The notes: generated from the sequence alone by a model not told the origin. A DNA stretch of 64,000 nt from an uncultured Spirochaetota bacterium (GCA_963734545.1 CAVTHO010000005.1:672001-736000); one strand, 5' to 3'. Shown: positions 18,058 to 27,994, counted from the stretch's first letter. Translations and numbers: made by a program.

Positions 18058-20325
18058 TTGAATATCAAACGATGGCTTGCGCTGACGCTCGTGAGTGTGT
18101 GCGGAGTGACGTGTGGACCGGCTGGCCCCACTGTCATCCGCGCTGAAAGAGTTTTCACCGGCCACGAGTTTATCGAAGATGTGACAATCCTCATCGAGGG
18201 CGGTCTGATCAGGGAGGTGGTGCCGACTGCAGAGTTCACACCGGTCGAGGGCAGCCAGGTCCTGGACGCGGCAGGAATGACGGTCGTTCCCGGCTTCATC
18301 GATTCACACGTGCACATCCTCGGCCAGCCCCTCGAGGTGCTCAGGAATATCGCGCAATACGGATGGGGCAGGGTGGCGGAGGAAGCGATCTCCCAGGTCC
18401 CGGGCAACCGCGAAGGGTATCTCCAAAGCGGGATCACTTCGGTGATCGACATGGGCTCCACGCTCGCCGGCATGCTGCGCCTGGAGGAAGGACTTGAAAC
18501 CGGGAGCCTGGTCGGCCCTGATCTCTATTTCAGCGGGCCTCTCTTCACAGCGCCGAACGGCCACCCGGCAGGCACGATCTACCGCGGCCAGCACGACCTG
18601 ATAGATAACGCAACCGTGCAGGTTGCGGCGTCCGACCCGGCAGCGAAGAAGGTTGTCGAGTTGGCGGACCGGGGCGTGGATTTCATCAAGCTCGTCTATG
18701 ACGACGGGACCTTCTACGCGGGCAGAGTCCCCCGTCTTGACCGCAGCATCGCGCGCGGGATCGCGGACCAGGCGCATTCACGCGGACTGCCGGTGATCGC
18801 TCACGTGGGCGGCCGCGAATCGGAGTTCGCCGACATGCTGGAGTGCGGAGTGAACGGCGTGGAGCACTGCTTCGCGTACAGCGGATCGGACACGGTGCTG
18901 CACGACATGGCGGCGCGCGGCGTTGTCTTCACGCCCACCCTGTCGATCTACGAAATCTACGCGAAGCAGACGATGCCCCGGATGCGGGAGAGCGTGGCAA
19001 AGGCCCGGGAGAACGGAGTACCGATAGCGGCGGGAACCGATTTCCCCTCTTCCCGCTTTACAACGGCCGGGCCGGGATTCTACCGGGAGCTTGCGCTCCT
19101 CGAGGAGGCCGGCTTGTCGCGGGTCGAGGTGCTCGAAGCGGCCACCGTGAACGGCGCGCGCAAGATCGGAAAGACGGCCGAGACGGGCAGCATCGCAGCG
19201 GGCCGGTTGGCCAACCTTGTTTTCTTCCGCGGGGACCTTCGGGAGGGCGCGATCAGCAGGGAACGCGTTCAGGCAGTGATGCTCCGAGGGAAAATGATGA
19301 TCGAGGAGGGGACCCTGACGGTGGAAAGCCGCAAAGGCCTGACCCGGCAGCCCCTCATGGTGTTCCCGTTCGGGTTCTACGAAACGGTCTCCGGTTTTTC
19401 CATGGGCGGCAGTCTCCTCGACTTCGACGTGCTGGGCTCGGGTGTCGCCCTCGGCCTCACCGCCACGTACAGCTTTTCCAACGCATTCGCAGCGGAGATC
19501 ACCGCATCCACGCCGAGCCCGATACCGCAGACGTCCCTCGACTTCCGGCTGGGCTATGACGGCTACCCGAAACGCTTTTTCGGCATGGACAATTCCACGA
19601 CGCGCGGGGCCGCGGTCACCTATGCATGGTCGGATTTCCAGGCGGCTGTCGCGTCAGCCACGACCCTTCTGCCTGCACTCAAGCTGAATACGGCATTCTC
19701 CCTGGATGCCGCAACGATCGGCGATTACAAGGGACAGGTCCTGCCGAGCATGACGGGAAGCTCCGCAGGAATCATGACGCTCGCGCGGGTGGAGATCGCT
19801 CACGACGCAAGGGATCTCGCGGCCGCGCCATGGTACGGGGACTACGAGGCCGTTGCCGGGGGTCTTTCGGCGCCCTTTCTCGGAAGCGCCTATACTTTCT
19901 CTACCGTTGATCTCGACCTCCGGTTTTTTTTCAGCATCTTCCCCCATCACGTCATCGCTGCCCGGCTGCTCTTCAAGCAATGCTTGGGAGATGCTCCCTT
20001 TTACGCCCGGCCCGACTTCGGCGGCTTTTCACTCGGTCGGGGTTTCCAACCGGACCGTTTCATCGGCAAGCTCGGCGCCTACGGTCAGCTGGAGTATCGC
20101 TTCCCCATATGGTCCCTCATCGGCGGGGACCTCTTCCTGGACGCGGGTCAGGTCCGGGATGATTATCAACGCTTCACACTTGCGGGCTTCCACCTGTGCG
20201 GCGGCGCCGGGCTTCGGTTCACATTCTCCGAGCGCTCGATCCTGTGCGTGGACGCGGGGTTCAACGGCGAGCCGCTCTCGTCGGAGGGGTTCACCATCAT
20301 CGTGCGCACGAGTCACGCGTTTTAG
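18058..20325 (+). CDS. Amidohydrolase fused to C-terminal Omp85/BamA-TamA-type beta-barrel
   Basis: PGFIDSHVH, FIKL, IAH, EH, GTD amidohydrolase ligands. C-terminal GRGF..DRF.G, QLEYRFPI, FLDAGQV, GAGLRF, terminal Phe. Confidence 0.85.
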   Translation: MNIKRWLALTLVSVCGVTCGPAGPTVIRAERVFTGHEFIEDVTILIEGGLIREVVPTAEFTPVEGSQVLDAAGMTVVPGFIDSHVHILGQPLEVLRNIAQYGWGRVAEEAISQVPGNREGYLQSGITSVIDMGSTLAGMLRLEEGLETGSLVGPDLYFSGPLFTAPNGHPAGTIYRGQHDLIDNATVQVAASDPAAKKVVELADRGVDFIKLVYDDGTFYAGRVPRLDRSIARGIADQAHSRGLPVIAHVGGRESEFADMLECGVNGVEHCFAYSGSDTVLHDMAARGVVFTPTLSIYEIYAKQTMPRMRESVAKARENGVPIAAGTDFPSSRFTTAGPGFYRELALLEEAGLSRVEVLEAATVNGARKIGKTAETGSIAAGRLANLVFFRGDLREGAISRERVQAVMLRGKMMIEEGTLTVESRKGLTRQPLMVFPFGFYETVSGFSMGGSLLDFDVLGSGVALGLTATYSFSNAFAAEITASTPSPIPQTSLDFRLGYDGYPKRFFGMDNSTTRGAAVTYAWSDFQAAVASATTLLPALKLNTAFSLDAATIGDYKGQVLPSMTGSSAGIMTLARVEIAHDARDLAAAPWYGDYEAVAGGLSAPFLGSAYTFSTVDLDLRFFFSIFPHHVIAARLLFKQCLGDAPFYARPDFGGFSLGRGFQPDRFIGKLGAYGQLEYRFPIWSLIGGDLFLDAGQVRDDYQRFTLAGFHLCGGAGLRFTFSERSILCVDAGFNGEPLSSEGFTIIVRTSHAF

Positions 20326-20367
20326 GATCGCCATGTATTCCGCGGCGGCGGAGTTTCCCGATCTCCC

Positions 20368-21114
20368 TCAGTGTCGATCGCGTGGTCCCCACCGCCATCG
20401 CCAGAGAGGCCGGGTGAAGTTCGGTCTGCCGGGACCATCCGCCCGCGCGGGGGCAGCCGCGACTGCGGTTCCCCCCTCGATCCAGACGTTGATGCTGCGC
20501 GCCACCTCGTCGTCAAGGGCGATGCTCGCCCCCTCGCATTCAATCACGTACGACGGGTACTCCTGGTGGAGCTTGACGACCCCGCCCGGGCGTATCTGCA
20601 GCGAGGTGAGCCGATGAAGCTGCTGGTCGCTTTTTGTGTACACGTATGCGACCCGGGCCGACTGCCCGATCTTCAGCTCTGTCAGGGGCACGATCAGCTT
20701 CTGCACGTAGCGCGCCGAAACCCGGCAGCATTCCCCCTCGGGGATGGGGAACCCATGCGGGCACTCACGGGGATGCCCGAGGAGCGTGCAGATCCCTTCC
20801 ACGATTTCCGTGTTGAGAATGTGCTCGAACTCGCACGCGCCCGGCTCGAACTCCCTGCCCAGCACGTCATGGATGAGCCGCTCGCCTATTCTGTGGGCGC
20901 GGATGAGCCGCTCGGCGTGCGCGGAGCCTGCCTCGGTGAGTGAGATCTCGTCACCTGCCCGGACCACGAGACTGTCCCGCGCGAGCCCGGCAAGGTCCGC
21001 ATCCCGATACCGGTCCGCAAGCTCTCCGCGCAGGGCCGGCACGGTGGAGCAGCCCCGCTCCCGAAGCTGCCAGAGGCGCTCGAGCATCTCGTCCCGATCG
21101 TTCGCGCCGTTCAC
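20368..21114 (-). CDS. DtxR/MntR-like metal-dependent regulator with C-terminal FeoA (SH3) domain
   Basis: GTG start overlapping feoB stop; LTEAG...A..LIRAHRIGERLIHDVL, ACEFEH, LGHPRECPHGFPIP, PLTELKIGQ...LQIRPG. Confidence 0.85.
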   Translation of the reverse strand: MNGANDRDEMLERLWQLRERGCSTVPALRGELADRYRDADLAGLARDSLVVRAGDEISLTEAGSAHAERLIRAHRIGERLIHDVLGREFEPGACEFEHILNTEIVEGICTLLGHPRECPHGFPIPEGECCRVSARYVQKLIVPLTELKIGQSARVAYVYTKSDQQLHRLTSLQIRPGGVVKLHQEYPSYVIECEGASIALDDEVARSINVWIEGGTAVAAAPARADGPGRPNFTRPLWRWRWGPRDRH

Positions 21115-23133
21115 AGGCCGAGCGCTCCCGCCGCAAGAACCAGGAACCCGTGCACCGCGCCGGTGAGGACAAAGGACATCAGGTAGATGCCGATCACGAT
21201 GAGGACGGCGACCCGCGCGCCCAGCTCCTTGAACACGGCCGCGATGTTGGCGAAGCACTGCGCAAACGTGACGAGGAGCACCACCGCCACGACGCTCTGC
21301 ACGCCGTTGAGGATCCCATCCCGTGACATCCGGAGGATCAGGCCGGCCGCGGCCTCGCTGCGCGCCAGGGTGAGAAGCAGGGCATCCACCATGTCCAGGG
21401 GAAGCCCCAGCCAGCCGGTCATGAGCGGCTTCAGGGCCTGCTTCAGGAGCGCCAGGATCCCGAGCTTGTCGATGACGAACATGGCAAGCGCCGCGACCAG
21501 AAAGATGGGGATCGCTTCCCGCAGGAACCAGAGCAGCCGGTATCCTGTTTTTCTGGCGACCGCGGATATGCGCGGCATCCGGATGGGGGGAAGCTCCTGG
21601 ATGAACTGGCTCCCCTTTTCTGCCGGGCAGGATCCTGTTGAGCACGAGGCCGACACCGACCTCCGCCAGCACGAGGAACGCGAAGGCAACGGCGAAATAC
21701 GAAAGCCCGTGCTGGCCGAGGATGGCAATGGCCAGACCCATCTGGGCGGAGCAGGGGATCGCGAAGGCGATGAGGGCGATGACGATGATCTTTTCCTTGC
21801 GGGACTGCAGGTTGCGCGCCGTCATCGTGGCCATGGTCTTGCAGCCGAACCCGAGCACGAGAGGGACGACCGCGTTGCCGGTGATCCCGATCTTTTCTGA
21901 CAACCGCCGGGTGAGGATGGCCAGATTGGGCAGGTACCCGATGTCCTCCAGGAGCCCGAACACGAAAAAGAAGACGGAAAGAATCGGGAGCACCGTGGTG
22001 AGTGAGTTGAAGAGACCGAGTGTGAGAAGCCCGTGGGGCCCGATGAGCAGGTCCTTCCACACGCCGGCGGGAAGAAGAGTACCCACCTCTCTCACCACGG
22101 GGTCAGAAAGCGCCGTTGTAAGGAACAGCGAGAGCGCGCCCGCGACCCCGACGACCATGAGGTAAACGACAACGAGGAAGAACCCGAGGATGGGCAATCC
22201 ATACAGTGGGTGGCGGCACATGCGCGCGAAGGTCTCGGAAAAGCGCGGCTGCGGCGCCCTGGTGGAGGTCGAAACGGCCGCCGCCACCTCGTCCACCCAG
22301 CGGTTCCTGCGCGCGCTCAAGCTTATTCCCGCCTTGCCGGCAAAGCCCGACCTGATCCCCTCCAGCTCTGCTTCCCGGCCTTCGCGCACCGGGTTCCCGA
22401 ACGAGCTCGAGAGGAAGTCACGGAATGAGGGATCGTTTTCCAGGAGAAGGACCGCGGTCTCATGGGGGTGGGGACAGCGCGGCGAGAGCAGGCCGGCAAC
22501 CCTGGCGATTGCCGCATCGAGGGAGCTGCCATAGCGCAGCGGAAGCGGCGCGGAGACGGGCGCCAGGAGGATCCGGGCGAGCTCGGGGATACCTCTGCCG
22601 GGCGCGGGAGACTGCACCACGGGCACCCCCAGCAGGCGGGACAGCTTCTCCGCATCGAGAGACAGGCCCCTCTGCGCGCTCTCCCCCACGGCGGTAAGGA
22701 CCAGGACGAGGGGAATGCCGAGACCCATCAGGTCCGCGGTCAGGAGCAGCGATTCCTTGAACCGATTGGCATCCACGCATTGGACGAGGACGTCCGGGGC
22801 CTCCTCGAAAATCAGGGAGCGCACCACCAGCTCCTCTTCCGATTGTATGTAAAGACCGTGCAGTCCCGGTGTGTCCGCCACCTCCCAGCATTCGTCCTGC
22901 TCGAAACAGACCTGTTTCGCCACTTCCACGGTGGTCGACGGATAATTGGAAACCAGCTTGTACGCGCCGGTGAGGCTGTTGAAAAGCTGGCTCTTGCCGC
23001 TGTTCGGCAGCCCGACAATGTCGATGCGCTTGGGCCGGAGGCTTGCCGCTTCCTGTGAGCCTGTTCCCGCGCCTGCAGTTTTACGAATGAGATTCATTCT
23101 CAAATCATGAGCACGCCTATCCCTGCTTGCCAT
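21111..23133 (-). CDS. feoB: Ferrous iron transporter B; apparent frameshift near 21620
   Basis: GLPNSGKS, NYP.TTVE, DTPG, LEDIGYLP, LGFGC, IPCSAQ; FIQELPP C-terminus lies in the 21111..21728 frame. Start may be 23097. Confidence 0.92.
23088..23102. promoter_or_regulatory. Fur-box-like 7-1-7 inverted repeat at the feoB 5' end
   Basis: TGAGATT-C-ATTCTCA, an AT-rich spot in GC-rich DNA. Confidence 0.55.
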
Positions 23134-23136
23134 TCG

Positions 23137-23565
23137 CTACTTCATCCTGCACGAAGCGCAGATGCCCCGTATCCCCAGTCGATGCTCGATGGGCTGGAAA
23201 CCGTGCTTTCCGCACACCTTGTTTTGAAGCGTCTCCAGCTCGTCGTCCTTGAACTCGATGATCGTGCCGCAGACTATGCACTCGAGGTGGTCGTGGTGCT
23301 CGTGCCCCCACACGTGCTCATAGCGGGCGCGCCCCCGCGAGCGCAGCGTCTCCTTGATGATTCCGCTCTTTACGAACAAGGGGAGTGTCCGGTAGATCGT
23401 GGCCGTGGAGAGCTTCTCCCCTTTTTTCTTCAACGAATCGAGCAGCTCGTCGGCGTCGAAGTGGCCCTCGGCCGCGATGATCCCCATGAGGATCGCGTTC
23501 CTCGCGGAGGTGAAGGTGAGACCATTCTCCTTCAGATAGCTGCGAAAGTGCTCCGCCTGGTCCAT
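23137..23565 (-). CDS. fur: Fur family transcriptional regulator
   Basis: T..R..IL, HFDADEL, STATIYRTL, HHDHLECIVCG, CASC. Confidence 0.93.
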   Translation of the reverse strand: MDQAEHFRSYLKENGLTFTSARNAILMGIIAAEGHFDADELLDSLKKKGEKLSTATIYRTLPLFVKSGIIKETLRSRGRARYEHVWGHEHHDHLECIVCGTIIEFKDDELETLQNKVCGKHGFQPIEHRLGIRGICASCRMK

Positions 23566-23568
23566 TGT

Positions 23569-23616
23569 GTGACTGATTTTCACTCTCATTCTATGCCCGG
23601 CACCGCCTACTGTCAA
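23569..23616 (-). promoter_or_regulatory. Sigma70 promoter with adjacent Fur-box-like site upstream of fur
   Basis: TTGACA(23616-23611)-N17-TAGAAT(23593-23588), then GAGAGTGAAAATCAGTCAC (13/19 to GATAATGATAATCATTATC). Confidence 0.7.
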
Positions 23617-23656
23617 GCCGCGCCCTGTTGTGATATGCATCCCTCAGGGAGCCTTG

Positions 23657-23977
23657 ATGCGCCTTTTCGAAGCCATCCTCATCGTGCTTGCCGGACAACT
23701 CGCGCTGGCCGTTGCGGTCATGGGCGGACGCCGCCCGAAGTGGGCAAATCTCCTTCCGCTCATTCTCCTGGCGCCGCTTGCCGCGCACCTGGCGCTCGAG
23801 AGAGCGCGATGGCAGATGGCCCCCGCGTACCTGGTTGCCTTGGGCTTTTGCCTTGCGGGGATCATTCGCTACGCGAGCGGAGACGCCCCCCGTCCTCGAA
23901 CAGCATCGACGGTGATGGGGATCGCCGGCTTCCTGCTGCTGATGCTGAGTGCGGCCGTTGTCGCGTTTTCTCGATGA
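23657..23977 (+). pseudogene. Membrane-anchor fragment of a PAF-AH-like alpha/beta hydrolase; catalytic domain absent
   Basis: MRLFE...HLALERARWQMAPAY resembles the N-terminal TM region of membrane-anchored ester hydrolases; stops after about 106 aa. Confidence 0.5.
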
Positions 23978-23992
23978 ATCGCCCGAGGAGGC

Positions 23993-25117
23993 CTACTCGA
24001 GCGCCCGCCGGGATTCCTTGAGCTGTTCGATGATGGGGAGGTTCTGCGGGCATTTTTTCTCGCACTCGCCGCATTCGATGCAGGCGTCCGCCTTCTTTCC
24101 CGTGACCCACTGGTTGGTGCCGATCTCCCGATACATCTTCCTTGCCGTGTCTTCCAGTCCCCACACGCGGGAGTGATTCATCGCTTCGAATATGCGGGGA
24201 ATGTTCACTTCCTGCGGGCAGGGCATGCAGTACTTGCAGCCGGTGCAGTACAGGTCCATGAACTTCTGGTTCTGTTCCGCGGTCACCCGAATCCTCTCCT
24301 CCTCGCCCGCGTCGAGCCAGGATCCGCGCGAGGCGGTGGCCACGTTCTGTTCCACCTGCTCCATCGTGGACATCCCGCTCAGGGCAACGGTGACCGAGGG
24401 GTTGGAAAGCACGAAGCGCAGGGCGAGCTCCGGAGTGCTGATCTTGTCGCCTCCCGGAAGCATGCGCGTAATCACGTCACTCGGACTGTCGAGTCTGCCC
24501 CCGCCGACGGGGCCCATGATGACCACACCGAGCCCGCGGGAAGCCGCGTAGGCGATGCCCTCTTCGCACCTTCGGTCAAGGAGGTTGTACTGGCAGAGCA
24601 TGCTCTCGAAATACCCCGTGTCCACGAGCTTGCGAATTTCGGCGGCATCCGAGTGGAAGGAAAAGGAGAGATGCCGGGCAAGGCCTTCTTCCTTCAAGGC
24701 GAGGAACGCTTTCAGGGGCCCTCCCTTGATATCGATCCTGGTCTGGAAAAACTCCCACGAAATGCCCCAGAGATGGTAGAAGTCCACGTACTCCACGCCG
24801 AGCAGGGCAAGGCTCGTTTCGAATTTCTGCCGAAGATCCGCCGCGGTCGGCTTCTCCTGGGCGTACTTCGTGGAAACGAAGACTTTTCCCCTGTCCATTG
24901 CCTTGAGGGCTTCCCCGAGCGTCCTCTCCGAGTCCTGGGCACAGTACCACTTGCCGGTGTCGAAGTAGGTGACACCGAGCTGATATCCGCGCAGCAGCAT
25001 GGGAATGGCCTTGTCGCGATCCACGGTCCGTTCGTCCTTCATGGGAAGGCGCATGCAGCCGAATCCAAGGGTGGAGAGCTGCACTCCCGTTGTGCCCATT
25101 GCGCGGTATGTCATCAT
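23993..25117 (-). CDS. Aldo/keto reductase with C-terminal 4Fe-4S dicluster
   Basis: LGFGCMRLP, YFDT, CTGCKYCMPCP, CIECGECEKKCPQ. Confidence 0.93.
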   Translation of the reverse strand: MMTYRAMGTTGVQLSTLGFGCMRLPMKDERTVDRDKAIPMLLRGYQLGVTYFDTGKWYCAQDSERTLGEALKAMDRGKVFVSTKYAQEKPTAADLRQKFETSLALLGVEYVDFYHLWGISWEFFQTRIDIKGGPLKAFLALKEEGLARHLSFSFHSDAAEIRKLVDTGYFESMLCQYNLLDRRCEEGIAYAASRGLGVVIMGPVGGGRLDSPSDVITRMLPGGDKISTPELALRFVLSNPSVTVALSGMSTMEQVEQNVATASRGSWLDAGEEERIRVTAEQNQKFMDLYCTGCKYCMPCPQEVNIPRIFEAMNHSRVWGLEDTARKMYREIGTNQWVTGKKADACIECGECEKKCPQNLPIIEQLKESRRALE

Positions 25118-25199
25118 GTGGTGTATTCTCCGGCTCGATACAGGTATGCGGAGAACTATATATCAAATTGACCAAGGGCACAACTGAGCGGCGCGCCGC

Positions 25200-26040
25200 T
25201 CAGATGGCTTTGACCGCCCGCTCGTCGGGGAGGGGGCGCTCCCCCTCCGCCTGCCCGCGCGGAGGGTGTTTCACCAGACGGGGCATGATGCCGCGGTACA
25301 TCGTCTTGCATCCCCTCTCCCGGTCGATCGTTGCCTGCATGCTCGCGCGCACCTGCCCGGCGAGGCTCTTCGCGGCTCTCTTCAATGACACGCCGTCTTC
25401 ACCCTGGCCGGCGGCAGGGAGGAGCGTCAGGGGAACCGGCACCGGCGCGCCGATCACGATGGTGACCCGGGGCGGAAGAAGGATGTCGCGCCCGGCGACG
25501 CGGAAAGGAGCGCCTGCCGCGCCAGCGGGTTTCGTGCAGCACGGTGGTGATCGGCACAAGCGGGACGTTGAGCCTGCACGCGAGCAGGAACGCCCCCGGG
25601 TGAAACGCCTGGATCTCCTGGTTCTCGCGATAGCATTCCCCTTCGGGGAAGAAGTGTATGAATCCGAGCTCGCGCAAGGCCGTGCGGGCTGCCGTGTCCA
25701 GGAGGCGCAGGGCGCCGGGACGCTCGGGAATGGGCACTCCGCCGAGCAGCCGTACGAAGGTGCCCAGGAACGGGATGAGCGCGGTTTCCTCCAGCATCGT
25801 GAAGTAGGTTCTGTGGGGGCGGATGGCGTGGGCGAGGATGCCGGGATCCAGGAGGAGCGTGTGGTTGCTCACGAGGACCGCGCCGCCGGTCCGGGGCAGG
25901 TTTTCTCTTCCCTTGATCCTCACCCGGTATGCAAGCCAATCGACGATCCTGACCATCGCGACCACCAGGTGATAGAGGATGATGAACGGCGGAAACGGCG
26001 GGGTGAATCCGATGATGTTCGCGCCTTTGCGGTACGCCAA
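25200..26040 (-). CDS. PlsC-family (lysophospholipid-type) acyltransferase; C-terminus frameshifted near 25500
   Basis: NHTLLLD, FFPEG, VPLVPI; PRVTIVIGAP C-terminal motif lies in the 25200..25559 frame. Confidence 0.8.
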
Positions 26041-26050
26041 TCCCTGCTCC

Positions 26051-27204
26051 CTATTGGAGGGTCCGGCCCTTCCAGATGATGCCCTGGCCCGAGCTCGCCC
26101 GGCCGAAGCTCCACCACGCCATGTAGAGGAGGTGAGCGAAGAGCACGGGGTAGAGAAACGGTGTCCACCACCGCAGGCCGCGATCGTAGAGAACGAGCGC
26201 CCAGGCGGCGAGGAAGAGCAGCACGCAGAGGAAGGTCAGCTGCGCGGCGGGGCTTCCCGTGAGGATCTGAATGGGGAGCAGCGCGAGGGGAAGCACGACG
26301 AATGTCACGAGGAGCGTCACCGCGGCGGCGAAGAACATGGTCCGGTTCCGCGCCAGGTCGTAGATGTTCTTGGAGATGCCATTGAAGGAGGCGCGATAGC
26401 CGTCGTACATCCGGCAGCGGACGTGCCGGCGGATGTCCAGGAACACCTCCCGGTAGCCGGCCCTTTTCAGCTCACGGGCAACGGCCAGGTCATCGCTTAT
26501 CTTTTCCGCCACGCGCGCGTACCCGCCAATTGCCTCGAAGGCGCTCCTCCTGAAGAGGATCAACTGACCGATGGCAAAGGAGAGACCGGGGGCCGGCAGG
26601 GCGGCGATGAGCCAGAGCGGGAGGACCATGGCGGACATGATGTAGGTGGCCGGGACGATGAACTGCTCGCCGATGGTGTTCAGCTCCTGGAAAACGTAGC
26701 CGGAGAGGCAGTCCGCCCTGTGCCATTCCATGTTCGTGACCGCCCAGGCGATGCTCTCCCGCCCGTGCACCGTGTCCGCATCGGTGAAGAGCAGATAGTC
26801 ACCGCGCGCGTGCCGGGAGAGCTGCTGCATGGCGTGCGGTTTCCCGCTCCAGCCCCTGCCCGGCAGGGGCTCGCCTCTTATCGCGCGTATCCTGCCCGGG
26901 GTTTCGGCGCGCGTAGTCGGCAAAGGACTTCCCACGTTCGATCGGTGGACTGGTCGTTCAGCACGACTATCTCGTAGTTGGAATACGTCTGCTCCAGGAG
27001 AGAATCCAGGCACGGCCCGATATTCTTTTCCTCATCTCGCGCGGGGATGAGCACGGAAACCATCCTCCCGCGGGTGATGCGCGGCCTGTGGGAGCTGAGA
27101 CGCAGCCAGACGATGTTGGAAATGGAAAGCAGCAGGAAATACGCGGCGCCGAGGAAAAACAAGAGTCGTACCGTATGATCCAGCAGTACGATGAGGGCGA
27201 TCAT
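26051..27204 (-). CDS. GT2 glycosyltransferase (CrtQ/CruC-like); apparent frameshift near 26915
   Basis: VSVLIPARDEE, NDQSTD, GWSGKPHA, FTDADT, IGGY...ISDD, CRMY, WKGR. Confidence 0.85.
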
Positions 27205-27277
27205 GGGCAACTCTCCTCTACATCGACGGCCAATGCATAGACAGCCTATGCTAATATAGTCTGCCGCTGTCGGGGGG

Positions 27278-27305
27278 TCAAGATCGCGCTCATGGGGGAC
27301 GATAC
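27278..27305 (+). promoter_or_regulatory. Putative sigma28 (FliA) promoter
   Basis: TCAA-N16-GACGATAC, 6 nt before the ATG at 27312. Confidence 0.5.
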
Positions 27306-27311
27306 AAGAGT

Positions 27312-27491
27312 ATGATACCAGGAATCTCTCGAGGCGCCGCGGACTTTTCACGCTCCCTGGAAGCTCTGGCCGCTTTGCTCAAGAGCTCCAACGAGCAGAC
27401 AATGCAGATGGCTGAAAAACTGCTCAAGGTCGACGTTGCGCAGAGCATTCAGGACTCAGCGGTCGGCGCGCGTATCGACGTTTCTGCCTGA
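27312..27491 (+). CDS. Small YjfB-like putative motility protein (59 aa, absent from ORF track)
   Basis: MIPGISRGAADFSRSLEALAALLKSSNEQTMQMAEKLLKVDVAQSIQDSAVGARIDVSA*; helical body with G..ID..A C-terminus. Confidence 0.6.
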   Translation: MIPGISRGAADFSRSLEALAALLKSSNEQTMQMAEKLLKVDVAQSIQDSAVGARIDVSA

Positions 27492-27525
27492 AAGGTATTC
27501 ACCCCCCTTCACGAAGGATCGGCCC

Positions 27526-27975
27526 ATGAGAGAGACACACAATTTCATTCATGCCGTGGGCAGGGACTTTTTCTTCAAGCTGATCCTGATCCTTCTTCTC
27601 TATTCCCTCGTGCCGCTCGCGGAAATCTTCCTCTTCATCTATCTGGGTGAGCTCATGGGCAACTATCTCGTGCTCATCATTGCAGCAGTGGCAGGCATGG
27701 CGGGAGCGCTGATCGCGTTCGGCCAGGCGCAGGGCGTGACGGAACGGCTCAGGGCGCAGCTCCGCGCCGGCAGATACCCGGGCCGGGAATTCGCGGACCT
27801 GGCGGGCATCATCGTGGCCGGGGTCCTCCTCGTCACGCCGGGTTTCATCACGGACCTTTGCGGCTACCTCCTGATGATCCCCGCCCTGCGTAACGGCCTT
27901 CGCGATATTCTGAAGGTCAAGCTCGAGAAGAGCTTCAGGGAAATCTACGCGTATCTGAGGTTGTCGTCATTGTAA
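27526..27975 (+). CDS. fxsA: FxsA family membrane protein
   Basis: VPLAEIFLFI, GVLLVTPGFITD..G.LL.IP. Confidence 0.88.
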   Translation: MRETHNFIHAVGRDFFFKLILILLLYSLVPLAEIFLFIYLGELMGNYLVLIIAAVAGMAGALIAFGQAQGVTERLRAQLRAGRYPGREFADLAGIIVAGVLLVTPGFITDLCGYLLMIPALRNGLRDILKVKLEKSFREIYAYLRLSSL

Positions 27976-27994
27976 ACGAGGCGGTTCCCGGCCG

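Noticed and set aside
20368-23133. Apparent 921-aa FeoB-DtxR-FeoA fusion in the ORF track
   Set aside because: The middle of that ORF is out-of-frame nonsense. The true FeoB C-terminus is in the 21111..21728 frame, and the DtxR-like gene has its own GTG overlapping the feoB stop.
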